A program made the translations under genes and the position numbers. Shown piece after piece: positions 46,129 through 59,555 of a stretch of DNA of 64,000 nt. The first letter of the stretch is position 1; each line of letters begins with the position of its first letter. The stretch comes from a virus. The DNA is taken from IMG/VR virus record IMGVR_UViG_3300027518_000007, positions 575-64,574 of that record; one strand, written 5' to 3'. The notes beneath the pieces were generated by a model. It worked only from the letters and a program-made list of their open reading frames with translations. It had not been told where the DNA came from and did not search any database.

Positions 46129-49047
46129 TATTTCTAACTTTATGAGGAGACTTTATGACTAAGTTTATTCGTGTGGTAATGTTCGCTATTGTTATGAGTG
46201 GTTTTATTGGTGATATTATGGTTCATCCTAATGTTGCAGTAGCTATTGATGACAATGAGATTAATAAGATTTTGAAGGCGAAGGAGATTGTAAGGGGCAT
46301 GGTTAATTATCCTGACACTCTTGTATTCCATGAGTTTTATACTAAGGTGAGTGGAAATACTGTTACTCTTAAGTTTACTGCTAAAAATGCTTTTGGAGTT
46401 CCAGAAACGCACACTAAAGATATTAAGGTTAACTAATGAAAGTAATACCAACACTAGCAGAAGATATTAGTGTCGCTATCTCTTGTATGCAGGACTATAG
46501 AGATACTATAGATGGGAATAGTGAACAGTGGTATGAAATTAGTGAAAGAATTGAACGATTGTTTAAGTTTCATTATCAACTAACCGGATTTCTCCTAATG
46601 GAGAATAATAATGACTAACCTACCAGAACACGTAGTGGCAATGCTGACGAGGGCATTTTACGAGGGCTTTAACTTCACCCGTGAAGGATTTAACGGGGAA
46701 TGTGCATTTGACCACCTAGCCCCAGACGGGTTGACGCTTGAGGAAAAGTCAGCTATTACCGCCAGAGAGATACTGTCAGATCATGACGCTAAACTAATGA
46801 CTAAACCCATAATTTTAACAGATAAAGAAATTGAGGCGATGGCGTATTTTGCACATTTTTTCCCAGTATGTGCAGCAGAGATTGATGCAGCATCAGACAT
46901 TCTTCGTAACCTATTAGAAAGAATAAAGGATAAATAATGAAAGTCTATGCTATACTTTGTGAGCATCATAGTGCTGGGGTTGCTTATGAAGGAGTTGAAA
47001 AGATTTGTAAAACTTACAAGATCGCTGAGTCTCATTTTTTAAATGGAGAGTTTCTTGGGCATCCTTGTCGAATTAGAGAGATGGTTTTTACTGATAAGAT
47101 GTGGACTGAGCCAAAACCAAAAAAGAAAAAGATCAAAAAATGAGTGTACCGTACAAAGGAAACTGCGAACATCTTAAAGAAGGATATTGTATAGCTTGTA
47201 TGTCTAAAATTTGCGATAATTGGGGTGCTACTGCTATGAGTTTCTCGAAAAATTCAAAATGCTACATTAATGTATGGGATGGCGATTATCCAAAGTGGAT
47301 TGAGGTCACTAATGACTCTTCTAAGAACTCTGAATCTTGAATATGATACTATCGAGATTCATTACAATGAGCTTTTGAAAAATAAACCTTACTTAGTGAG
47401 AGTTTTTAGCTATAATAATACTGACCCTAGCGAATTACGGCTGAGTGAAAAAGAAGTAAAAAATCTATACCAAACTCTTAAAAAACATAACCTATTATGA
47501 AAATTCAAAATAAACAAGAAATTGTTCTTAGTGTCCAAGACGTTCAAGATATTTTGTTTGACTATCTGACTAAAGAACATAAATTGAGCGGGGACTTTAA
47601 TTTTGATTTTGTTGTTGTCAATAAACCATTCCGTAGTGGTATTCATGATTCTTGTGATCGTCATGAATTTGACGGAGTGAAAGTGGTGGTAACAACATGA
47701 AACTTAGAGATATAGTACCATATTGTTTAGATTCTTACAAACATACAAGTAAATACTATTGGGTTATAGGCGGACTAATGTATAGTATTGAATCTCTAGA
47801 ACGATATAGTCCAGCACCATCTTTATATCATCATTATTATGATCCATATCCTAGTTTTTTTAATCATGACAATCAATTGTGTGATTATATAAAACTAAAT
47901 AGGCATACCTTATCTAATGATAAAAAAGACAAATATCCAAATTCTCTATCATTAAATCTTAATCATGAGATTACTATTTTTAAGAATTTTATCATGGTTC
48001 ATAAAACAGATGATATAGCAAATGATGATGAGAATGAAATTTTTGAAAGAATGAATTATTTTGTAGCAAATGGACACGAATGTAATGCTCATTACTATAC
48101 CATAGGACTGTATTCTATGGACTCAATAGGGGGTATGGCAACCAATTTGCGAGACTTATTTAAGGACTTGATCAACCCGCCCGTCCAACCTAAACCAGCG
48201 GAATTGACGCTTGATGAAAAACTAGACGATCTTATTGATGAGCTTATGAAAGATAGTAGAACTATGGCTGTTAAGAAATTAAAGAGGATGTTAAATGAAC
48301 GACTCTAATAAGTTAAGTTACGATGAATTATTTCAAATAAATGATGAGCTAAGACATATAATAGCTGATTTAAAAAAAGACAATAAAGAACTAAAGCAAA
48401 CTATTAACGAACTTAGAACTTATCAACAAAATATGGAAAAATTTACTCATAGAGTTTATACTCCAGATAAAAGCTATAAGGACTTGGAAAAGAAATTAGA
48501 TGAATTAACAACCAATAATGCTTCTTTAGTTGGAATAAAAGCTCATCTAGAAAATAAGTTGGCCGCACTAGAACATTCTAATGAATTATTGGACGATATG
48601 ATTGTCCCACTGAAGGACGAAATCAAAGATAAAAAGATTCAACTAGAATCAGCATATAAAGCTAGTGAATCTCAAAAGGATAGGATTAAAGCATTAGAAA
48701 TGGCTGTCGCTGCCCTTAAAAGTAAAATAGATTATGCTATTGGTTATATTAGTGCTACTCCATATATGAGAGACAAACACCCAGACGAAGTTAAGAGATG
48801 GCTATTCAAGGAGTTTGAATGAAATACAAAATCTGTAAATTTGTTAATGGTAATGGAGAAGAATGGTATCAGATTCAGAAAAAATGCTTATTCTTTTGGT
48901 ATTATTTGTGGGCCTATAAAGGCGGTTTTCCACAATTTTCTCCCCGTAAAATTATACTAAAGTTCTATACAATAGAACAAGCTCAACAATATATCAAAGA
49001 ACATATAGCCCATGGTAAAGAGTATAATATCAAGAAAGTAGAGTGTT

Positions 49048-49545
49048 TTGATTATGTTCCTTAAAAAAGAAACCATAGATAGTCTTATAGTAGTATTCTC
49101 TTTAGCTCTTATAGTAGTGTTGTTCTCTCCAATACTACCTTGGGATAAGTATAACTTATATGATTATCTTAAAAAGAAAAGACTAGAACATTATTACCAG
49201 CAACAGTTTGAGACGCATAAGATAACTTGCAATCAATGTAAAGGTTCTGGAGAATATCCAACAGATGTTAATAAACTTATGATGGATGCTAGTTTGGCAT
49301 TATTCATAAATCATCATCTAATGGTTGACAAATGTGAAAAGTGTGTTAAGCTGCCCTACGGTGATGGTTACGATTATTGCGACATTGTTCAGAACAAGTA
49401 CAAGATTTTGCTTCAAGAATATGGTGCTGCTGGGCCGAAAATAGACATGGCGTCTTGTGAAAAATGTATGGGTATGGGCCAATTTACTTCCAGAAAAAAA
49501 GATGGGTCTTATATGACTCAGGAAGAATATAATGAAACCCATTGA
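49048..49545 (+). CDS. Membrane-anchored DnaJ-type zinc-finger protein
   Basis: TM helix then CNQCKGSG and CEKCMGMG. Confidence 0.6.
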   Translation: MIMFLKKETIDSLIVVFSLALIVVLFSPILPWDKYNLYDYLKKKRLEHYYQQQFETHKITCNQCKGSGEYPTDVNKLMMDASLALFINHHLMVDKCEKCVKLPYGDGYDYCDIVQNKYKILLQEYGAAGPKIDMASCEKCMGMGQFTSRKKDGSYMTQEEYNETH

Positions 49546-51195
49546 AGTTGGATTTGATGGAACTATACAGATTTATAATGGAACTAGTAGTCCATATCAA
49601 ATCATATTTGCACGATCAACACATGATGATAAGGGGCCAGATGTTTGGTCAGCTAGTTGGAATCCGAACATAAATAACAAAATTAAGAATACATTTATTT
49701 GGTGGACAAAAAAAGATGGGCCAGAATTATTTTATCGAAATAAAGATGGTAAACTATTTACTGTAAACTTTGAGCCTTGGGAGGATTAATGATGAGATGG
49801 GTTTTTATTGTTGTTAGAAATTCAACAGTCGAACAAGTCAAAGTGTTTGACGATTATTTTGTAGGGGAAGCTCATACTAATGAATATCTTAGGATAGCAT
49901 TTGGAGTCAATGAAGTTGATTTCCCAGAATATCGCAAAGGAATTCACTATAGAACAGAGGATGGCTTGACGGTGGGACTTTATAAGGACAATCCCTAAAA
50001 TTCAAGTTGACCGCTGGATCATGACGATGTATAATGCAAGGGTATCGAACAGTTATTTTAACAAACACAAACCGGAGTTTTATCATGAGCGTATTTAAGA
50101 TTAGTGTTTTGGTTGCTGCTTTTTTGAGCTTTGCTCTTAGTGTTGGTCTTTGGTTCAGTGGTATGCCAGAGGCTAAAGATAGTGGACTTTTTGTAGGTTT
50201 GTGGGTTCCTAGTATTCTTAGTCTTGGTAATCTATTCTCTTATAAGGGAGATTAATCATGGAAATGTTTATTTTTTTTGCAGGACTGATTATTGTTTTGA
50301 TTGTTAGTTCTGGTTTAGCTATTAGTATTTTGTTTTTGGGTGACATGAATCCAGACTCTAAACAAAATCGAAGAGTTAATTATACGTTGGCTGATCTGAA
50401 AGACAGTGATAATCTTAAAAAACTCATAGCAGAAATAAAGGACTACAAAGAAAAAGTTCCTAGTTGATTTTTAAAGTTGGTTGTTGACAAAAACCGATAC
50501 TCTAGTATAGTAGGGCATACCTTGGAGAAAATCTAATGAGTCCAACAGTTAAACAAAAAGTTCAAAATTTACTTGATAAGTATTTTATTGGTCAGAACAA
50601 CTGCGAGTTGGTTATTAAACAAGATGATCTGAATAGTTTTTTGTCAGAGTATAATACTATTATTATCGCTCGCACAGTGGAAGTTTGTGGTCTACACTAA
50701 TTATATTGGAGAAAAACATGACAGTTCAACAGCTTCGTAATAGCGGATATAAGGTTCGGGTTCTTCACAATCGTCTTTACAACGGCTATTATAAATGGCA
50801 AGTAGGAAGCAAGCCTAGTGGTGATCATGGTTATGGGCCTATTGATCCAGATACTAAGGGTGGATCAACCCAAATTATAATTGATGGCCCATCTGGTGAT
50901 CATTATGATGGACTCGCTATTTGTAGTAAGAAAGAGAACTATAATAAAAAGCTGGGCGTTAGAATTGCTCTTGGGCGTTGTAACATTAAACAGCCAGTAT
51001 ATATTCCAGTCGAGGCAGAAAATGACTAAAGAAGAAAAATTGGAAGAAATTAGGCGAATGTGCTTGGGTATTATGCAATGTTGGAGTCAAAAATCTAGTT
51101 ACAATGATCCTTATGAGGATGGACGAATTGTTGGACGAGCAGTATTGGCTGAGTCAATACTTGAAATACTCAATACGAATTAGTTTTGTAGAGAT

Positions 51196-51894
51196 ATGAA
51201 CATAGCGATCACTGGAGCTAATGGTTTCTTGGGTAAGAATTTATACAAAAGACTATTTGGTTTATTCCATATAGAAAAAATTACCAGACATACTCCAGAA
51301 AGAGAAATGTTTAGAATACTAGAAAATGCACAAATAGTATTTCATTTAGCAGGTATTTGCGATGATCCATCCAAAACACATATAGACTTTTATAACTCTA
51401 ATGTAAGGCTAACACAAGACGTATGTAATGTACTAATAAGTAGTCAAAATTTAGTTCCTATAATATATCCATCTACTCTAGATATAGATAATGAAGATTC
51501 TCTGTTTTCTTTGAGTAAGAGAGATGCTGAGAATACCTTATCGTCATATGGACTATCTATTGTATATCGCTTACCTTTAATGGTTGGAAAATACTGTAAC
51601 AATCAACACTCGATAGTTTCTCAGATTTTTTCTAATATTCTTTGTAATAAGCAGACAACAATAAATAATCAGCTAATAAAACTAATGTTTGTGGACGATC
51701 TTACCAACTTATTCAGTTCTATCACAACAGGCATTACAGAATTCTCCATCGTTGAACCACAACCGGTCTATACTATAGAGACTAATGAATTAATACAAAC
51801 TATTCAACAGATTCATGATGGTTATCAAACAGACAATACTAATGAATTAAGTAAAAATTTATATAAGACTTATCTGAACCTTTTAAATAAATGA
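51196..51894 (+). CDS. NAD-dependent epimerase/dehydratase (WbjC/CapF-like SDR)
   Basis: IAITGANGFLGKNL, FHLAG, SKRDAE, YRLP; the catalytic YxxxK tyrosine appears replaced (FSLSK). Confidence 0.75.
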   Translation: MNIAITGANGFLGKNLYKRLFGLFHIEKITRHTPEREMFRILENAQIVFHLAGICDDPSKTHIDFYNSNVRLTQDVCNVLISSQNLVPIIYPSTLDIDNEDSLFSLSKRDAENTLSSYGLSIVYRLPLMVGKYCNNQHSIVSQIFSNILCNKQTTINNQLIKLMFVDDLTNLFSSITTGITEFSIVEPQPVYTIETNELIQTIQQIHDGYQTDNTNELSKNLYKTYLNLLNK

Positions 51895-54800
51895 AAGATT
51901 ATTATGGCTAAGAGTTTTGAAGATTTGTTGAAGAAAACTTGTTCCAAAGATGTTATTATTGATGGATATAAGAAAACTATGGACTACTGGGCAGAGTATA
52001 TTGGTCTTTCTAAAAATCAATATAATGTAGTACCATCCGGTTGGTCTATGACTAAAATTAAACCAAAGAAAGCAAAGAGGCGTGATCCTGCACGACGTTG
52101 GAAATGAGAACATTTAAAGAAAAAACTGTAAAAGTTCTTGATACTATCATGTGTGATGCTTGTGGGAACAATTGCACAGATGATTATGGTAATCATGAAA
52201 ATGCTACGCTTGAGGCCGTATGGGGTTATTGGAGTACGAGAGATGGTCAAAAATTTGAAGTTCATCTTTGTTCCAGTTGTTTTGATGAAACTATACAATT
52301 TCTAAAAAGAATTAGACATAGTGTTTTAGGGCCGTTTAAGTATCCGCATGACGAAGACCCTCTTATGGGGTCAGATTATCCAATAGTAGGTTAAAATATG
52401 AAACAAGAACTACAAGATAAACTATACGAAAAGTATCCAGAACTCTTTAGTAATAAAGATAATAAGTCCAGCCCCATGATCTATGGGTGTGAGATTGGTG
52501 ATGGCTGGTATAATTTGCTAAATTCTTTATGCTGGAGAATTAATCAGCATAAACAACAGATGACTGATCGTTTTAGGTATCTTATTAAAAATGATCCAGA
52601 AAAGCTAAAGACTGAACCAGATTATCCCGATGTTAAGTTTGACCAAATTAAGCAGAAGTTCGGGGTTTTAAGGATTTATTATTCTGGTGGAGATGAATAT
52701 ATTCGTGGGGCTGTAAGTGTGATTGAAGATTGTTCTAGTACAATTTGCGAACAGTGCGGTAATAGTGGAAGCATAAGAAAAGGTGGATGGGCTGTGGTTT
52801 TGTGTGATCAATGTTTTGAAAAGAATAAATAAATATGTGGCATTATTATTTGGTACAAGAACTAATCATGAATAATGAATGGTTAGAGAAAAATGGAACT
52901 AACTGGATGGCTGGTCGAGTAGAATGTCACAGCGAAGATTCTATTGGCTATTCTGAAAGAGAATATTGGTTAATGATTGATAGAAAAGATTGGAATAAGT
53001 TTGATGACTATCTTAGAAGTTTAAATACAGAGTCTTTACAAAGTTTAGACCAACTGATACAATCTAGTCAGTTACCTATAGTCCAATTCCAGAGCCAAAC
53101 ATGATTAAACATTTTCCAATTACGAATACTGAAACTATTATTAAGCACTATTCTCAAAAAGATGGTGTTCCTATCAAGTATGTTTGCACAACCGATTTTG
53201 GTGCTAGTGATCGTCCTGTGGATATTTTCTACAGAGATACTCCTCATCCAGAATTTGGTAATAAATACTTTGGAATTGCACTCAGTCGTGATAGTGATGA
53301 TTTTGTTATTTTTAGTGCCGATAAGGTGGAAGATTTTACTTTTGGTATGGTAGAAGATGATGATGGAAATTTGCAGTATAGTGAGTATCATCATAGGTGT
53401 AAATTTTTTGAAAACGGTAATATGATTGATGGTGGACGACAATATGTTCGTTCGTCTCTTAATGCAAAAACTTATGTTATTCGTGATGGAACAATGGTAA
53501 TTAAGGAATAAAAATATGCACGGTTTTGAAGATTGGCTGAACAGTATTGAAGGATTCTCATTAAGGAGTGAAAGAGCTTATGATGATCTTGTTTTAAATA
53601 CTTCTGAAGAACCCACAACCAAGTGGAGAGAGATTAAAACGTGGCTGGAGGCGGCTTATATCGCAGGCTGGGATGATGCTAGAACGGCGATTAAGGAGAG
53701 ATTGAAGTAATGGAATGCCCAAACTGTATTACTCCATGGAAATGTAACGGGCCACATTTAGAGATTATAAGTGATTCTGTATACAAAAGTGAACATGGAT
53801 ATTTTATGAGACAAGAATCTGGAAAATGGATATTTACTCCTATAGAAAAAGAATTCGACAGTTATACTTTACTAGGAATAGTAGATACTTTATGGAACTT
53901 CAATGAGCAAAATGATGAAGATTAAAGACAAAGAAAGATCAGCAAAAGAACAAGAAGAATACGAAGAATATCAAACCTATCTAAAACTAAAGAAGAAATA
54001 TAACAAATGAGTTATGAAGAATTTCTCAAAGAGATTGATAGAACTAGTAGTTATTTTAATTGGAGATATGGACAGGCTCTAATGAATGTGCTGCATACTG
54101 TTTGGCCGGAAAAATATGAAGAAATTACCAATCTAGAATTAGACTGCTACTATAGAGAAGATATTGTGCCAGCAACTTTAAAGTTCCTTAAAGGCGATTG
54201 GAAACCAACACATGATTCTAAATGATGAAGATATCAATGACATAAAAACTATTGCTGAAGAAGTTAAATCTATGGCAATAAAAGCAGAATATCGTGATGG
54301 TAAGTTTGCTGAATTTGCTTACGATGTTGATATGAGCATGAGAGTTATATTGGAAATAATCAATGGACCAAGCGGAGGAATAGAAAAGATAGTGGAAAGA
54401 AACGTATGAGTTCAAACGAACTAGATATTATCAAAGAAAGATATGAGAGTGCTAAAAAACTAGCAGAGGAATTGTGGCTAGACGGAGATCATGAAGGAAC
54501 CCCGAATGATTTTTATTATTTTCAGTGCGGATTTGTGGCGGGAATGAATTATAAATTGTATAAGGATTTTGCTGATGCGAACGAAGAAAAATAAGTTTAA
54601 CTGCGACGTTAATGGCAGCATTATGGTCGTGGCAGCATTACGATATGCTCTTAGTAGACATACTTATGTACCGGGAGCAGTTCAAGATTGGATTGGTCTT
54701 CACTGGGATAGTCTTGATAGTAATACTAAGATTGTTATTTTGAGAGATGTTTTTGAACACCTATATGATGACAGCAGACCTTCAGCATATAGAACCTCTA

Positions 54801-55232
54801 TGACTGATTATGACTTATCAACATGGAAAAAGTTTGGTATCGAACATTATTGGAAATTAAATTATAATGAGCGAAAAAGTGTTGATATGAATTTTACTGG
54901 AGATAAGTCTGTTTGGCTAGTTGAAAAATTATATGGAACACAACCAGTATGACAACACAGAATATGCCGAACTGGAAAAAGGGTGACATAATTGCTTTGC
55001 TGCATAGTAGCGGTGGAGTTATCCATATTTTTGAAGCAGAACATGATCCTTGGTATGGCAAAACCTTTTTTAGTTCAAATGAAGATTGGTATTATGGTTT
55101 AAGAAATTGCAAAGAATTAAGATTAGCAAATCAAAAAGATATAGATAGCAAAATAAAATATCAAAAAGAAAATGTAGAAAGAGAAACAGCAGTCTTAGAT
55201 CAGTTACTTAATTTTCGGGAGAGATTATCAAA

Positions 55233-55421
55233 ATGAAAACAACAGACGAACTTAAAGAAAGACTCAAAAGAATAGTGCAAGAAGAATTTATTGATTCTTG
55301 GTTGGATTCTCCTAATCCAGCATTTGGTAATAAAACTCCACGAGAAATAATTATAGAACAAAATAGTGATCAAATTGAAATGATGATGTATAGAATAGGT
55401 AGCGGCGAACCGTCAGGTTGA
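55233..55421 (+). CDS. Standalone Xre/MbcA/ParS-type antitoxin C-terminal domain protein
   Basis: WLDSPNPAFGNKTPREII. Confidence 0.65.
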   Translation: MKTTDELKERLKRIVQEEFIDSWLDSPNPAFGNKTPREIIIEQNSDQIEMMMYRIGSGEPSG

Positions 55422-56911
55422 CAAACCAAAAATTTTTGTTAAACTACAAGCACTATGAGTACCGATAAACAAATAAACGTAGGGCAAGAGTTGGTGACGA
55501 GGCTGCAAAATCTGAATAAGATGCTGGAATCTATTAGATCAGCACAAGTTGATGAGTTGTTTTTGCCAGAAATTACAGAACAAAATAGACCGACAGTAAA
55601 GCCTAAAAAGTTGCCCCAAAGGAAAGAAAAATGAGTTGGAATCATAGAATAATCCGACATATAGAACCAAGAACCCATATGGATGATGCTATTTATTATG
55701 CTATTCATGAGGTTTATTATGATGAGGATGGTAAGGTGAATGGTTGGACAGAAGAACCTATAAGGGTCATGGAAGAAAGTCTAGAAGATTTGAAGATTAC
55801 TCTGCAAAGACTAATAGAGTCTTTTGATAATCCGGTCATTGACTATGACACGGGGCAGGATATAATTAATCAAGAGCGGAATTAACCGCCGCCACCGACT
55901 TGATCACCGGGAGGCAATGTCCTGTTGCTCTAATATCCGTATTGTTGAGATTTCTCACGCAGGGTATTAAACAACGATAATTGGGGCATTTTCAATATAG
56001 GGAAAGTTTATGAGAGACCAAAAGATAATAGAAAAAGAGCTATACTCTCCAGTTACTTTAAAACAACTGTTACGAGAAGCAGAAGATTTTTGTTACGAAC
56101 ATGGTCTAAAGTATGACGAGCGAAAGATTATGATAACCACAGATTATGGCAGTCATGTAATGATATTTTATAAGGATAATAATTGACAATAGTTTGGGTA
56201 GGTTGGAGCATTACTAATTTTTTCTATTATGGAACACGATTTAATAGCGGAGTTCCATATAAGTTCGTTCGTATCGGCCCTTTAATGTTTAAAAAATACC
56301 TATGATAGTAAATATACCAAAAGAATTAGCCAATCTAGATAGAAATGATTTTACAAAGGTTTGTGAATTCGTAGATAAAATAGTGGCCGATATAGAAGAA
56401 ATTATTACCGAAATCGGTCACGAAGAAGCATTGGCTTTAACCAAAGACTATATGATAGACTTAATTAATCCAGACTTACTAGATTTTGAAAAGGAATAAA
56501 TAATATGAAAAAAGATATTGCTAAAAAGTGGGTCAAGGCTTTGCGTAGCGGAAAATATAAGCAAGGCAAGGGCTATCTGAAACAATTCAATAGTAAAAAT
56601 GAACCAAGACATTGTTGTTTGGGCGTTCTGTGCGAGTTGTATAATGATACCATGAAAAAAAACCATAAAAAAACATTGTATACTGAAGAAATGCAAGATA
56701 ATTCGTCGGGTACAAGTTTTATAAGATTTGATTTAGTAGATGGTGGTTTGCCAAAAGCAGTTAGAAAATGGGCGGATATTATAAATCCTCTAGGAGAATT
56801 TCAGGTCAGTTGTGGTGAATATGATATTGAAGAATGTCTAGCGGACTTGAACGATAGTGGCAAAAAGTTTTCAACTATTGCTGATATTATAGAAAAAAAC
56901 GTGGAGAACCT

Positions 56912-57211
56912 ATGAAGGGACCATTAATTTATTATGAAATTAAAGAAATGTATGGTAGTGATTTAAGTAGCACAAAATTGGCTTCTGAATTGCGTAAATC
57001 TATACTTGATGAAATAGACCTTGGCTTTAATGTTGAGGTTGATTTTAAAGATGTCCGTTCATTATCTAGTGGATGGACAAGAAATGCATTTGGGGTTATT
57101 GTAAAAGAAAAAGGTGAAAAATTTTTCAAGAATCATATATTGCTCAGTAATATGAGTAAGGGTGTTAGAAAAAGCGTGTTAGAAGGAATAGGAGAAATAT
57201 TAGAAGTATAA
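56912..57211 (+). CDS. STAS-like DUF4325 protein
   Basis: ASELRKSI...VEVDFKDVRSLSSGWTRNAFG. Confidence 0.65.
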   Translation: MKGPLIYYEIKEMYGSDLSSTKLASELRKSILDEIDLGFNVEVDFKDVRSLSSGWTRNAFGVIVKEKGEKFFKNHILLSNMSKGVRKSVLEGIGEILEV

Positions 57212-58578
57212 TGGTTACTGGCAAAACTCTTATAGACTTAGGATATAAACCCTCAAAGTGGTTTAAGAATGTTATAGATTATGCCAATACTAATAATCTA
57301 GAGAGTGACGCTATACATAAATATATAGATTCTATTGTTCCCAAAACACTAGAACCTCATAGTCAACCAATATCTTTTCATAAGAATATAGTGGCAGATA
57401 ATCAGCACGAACAATCTAATATAGATAGTGTTTGTGCTGCAATGAACAATATATTGACAATTCCTACTGTGGTCAATGCAGCCATTATGCCCGATGCTTG
57501 TCCTACGGGGCCGAATGATATTCCTGTTGGTGGAATTGTGGCTACAAAAAATGCTATTCATCCTAGTATGCACAGTGCGGATATTTGTTGCTCCATGATG
57601 GCTACTGATTTGGGTTTTACAACGCCTAGAATCGCTCTGGAGGCCGCTTTTAAAATTACGCACTTTGGAGTGGGTGGACGAATATCGAACCACAGATGGC
57701 TTCCTAGCGACCTCAAAGATAAAATAATCAGCAATTACTATTTGAGTAGTCCTAAAAGTATAAATTATGCTGAATATCATCTTGGTACTCAAGGCGATGG
57801 TAATCATTTCCTGTTTATAGGAATAAGACAAAGTGACGGTCATACTATGATGGTAACTCATCATGGTAGTAGAGGTTTTGGTGCGAATCTATATAAAGAG
57901 GGTTTGTATAAAGCCGAACAATTTAGACAAGAATTAAGTCCGAATAGTAATCCTAAGCATCCTTGGATTCCCTTTGATAGTAAAGAAGGTCAGGATTATT
58001 GGGAAGCCCTTCAAATAACAAGAGAATGGACAAAACTTAATCATGAAATAATTCATAGGCTAGTTAAACAAAAGGTATTTAGTTCAATTAATAATGAAAC
58101 TTTTTGGAACGAGCATAATTTTGTCTTTAAGAAAGATGATATTTTTTATCACGCTAAAGGAGCGACCCCATTAGAAGATATTTTTGTACCAGATTCTACA
58201 AATGGTTTACGTTTGATACCCATGAATATGAAAGACGGTATTTTAATCGTTAAAGGTGAAACAACACCAACTAATTTAGGGTTTGCTCCTCATGGTGCTG
58301 GGAGAAATCTTAGTAGATCAGAACATAGACGATTAAGATTAGGTATTACCGGCAAGACCAAAGAAGAAATCTTTAAAGATGAAACAGATGGTATTGATGT
58401 TAGATTTTTCTCTGGACAACCAGATATTACTGAGTTACCATCAGCATACAAAGATGCCAACAAAGTAAAAGAACAAATAAAACAATTTAATCTCGGAACT
58501 ATAGTAGACGAAATAGAACCCTATGGTTGTATTATGGCTGGAGAAATAGATAAGCCTTGGAGAAAAAAGAAATGCTAG
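57211..58578 (+). CDS. rtcB: RtcB-family RNA ligase
   Basis: MPDAC, ADICC, LGTQGDGNHF, THHGSRG, EHNF, HAKGATP, PHGAGR, ELPSAYK. Confidence 0.92.
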   Translation: MVTGKTLIDLGYKPSKWFKNVIDYANTNNLESDAIHKYIDSIVPKTLEPHSQPISFHKNIVADNQHEQSNIDSVCAAMNNILTIPTVVNAAIMPDACPTGPNDIPVGGIVATKNAIHPSMHSADICCSMMATDLGFTTPRIALEAAFKITHFGVGGRISNHRWLPSDLKDKIISNYYLSSPKSINYAEYHLGTQGDGNHFLFIGIRQSDGHTMMVTHHGSRGFGANLYKEGLYKAEQFRQELSPNSNPKHPWIPFDSKEGQDYWEALQITREWTKLNHEIIHRLVKQKVFSSINNETFWNEHNFVFKKDDIFYHAKGATPLEDIFVPDSTNGLRLIPMNMKDGILIVKGETTPTNLGFAPHGAGRNLSRSEHRRLRLGITGKTKEEIFKDETDGIDVRFFSGQPDITELPSAYKDANKVKEQIKQFNLGTIVDEIEPYGCIMAGEIDKPWRKKKC

Positions 58579-59555
58579 ATTTTGTAGGGAATTGATGTTA
58601 AGTACAGCATTGGCATGTGTAATATCCATTTTACTTTCTATGTTTATTACAATGTTATTAGGTAATATTGGTCATTTTCTTGAATGGAATCATAATAGAG
58701 ATATGTATTGGATTTTTAATGTCTCTATAATCACTTTGGTATTAACTTGGATAGTTAGTTTCGGATATTTTATGAGTACTATCAAATGATTACATTCAAT
58801 GAATTCTTAAAAAAAGTAGACGATACATTCTTGAGCCATCAAGCAGCAAGATCAAACGGTAAAATAAAAGCAGTAAATCAGTGGAGATATGGTCAAACAG
58901 TAATGAATGTTTTGTGGGAGGTTTGGCCGAACAAATATAGAGAAATTCAAGGTAGCGATTTTGATTGCTTTTACACAAACTCTACAGTTGATATAACTCT
59001 TGATAAACTAGAAAAAGAATGGCTATGATAGAAATTTGGAAAAAACGCAAAGAGATAGATGATGCAAGAAGAATCAAGGTGTTAGAATTGATAAAAGAAT
59101 ATGATGAGCAAATTTATAGACCAGCACTGTCTAGTTTAATAGAACAATGCTCAAATATTGGTCATGAATGGCATATAAAAGACTTAAATCCAGTAGGATA
59201 TCCGATTTATCGTTGTAATCAGTGTGGAAAAACTGAAATTAGGATAGAAAAATAATGAAAAAGAAAAAACTAGTATACTAGAGATCATGAAACTGTGCAA
59301 TCAAAAGATTAAAGCACAAAAAGATCACGAAGCTAGTGCTGGATATGGTGAAGATTATAATGATGGTAGGATTGTTGGCGGCGCTGCATTAGCACGACGA
59401 ATCTTAAATATCCTAAAAGAATTTCAATTTTAATTATGAGCACATTACCAGATAGCAAAATCCCTTGGTGGGACAACCACTACGAAGATACTTACAGTGA
59501 AGAAGTAGAAGATGGTTATCCTTATGATCTGGGAACTAAAGTACAGGAATAAATT

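Noticed and set aside
59255-59434. Possible programmed frameshift (ATG AAA AAG AAA AAA CTA GTA TAC TAG; one extra A would join the downstream ORF)
   Set aside because: An in-frame ATG at 59288 gives a plausible 48-aa ORF, and a homopolymer sequencing error is equally likely. Raw reads are needed.
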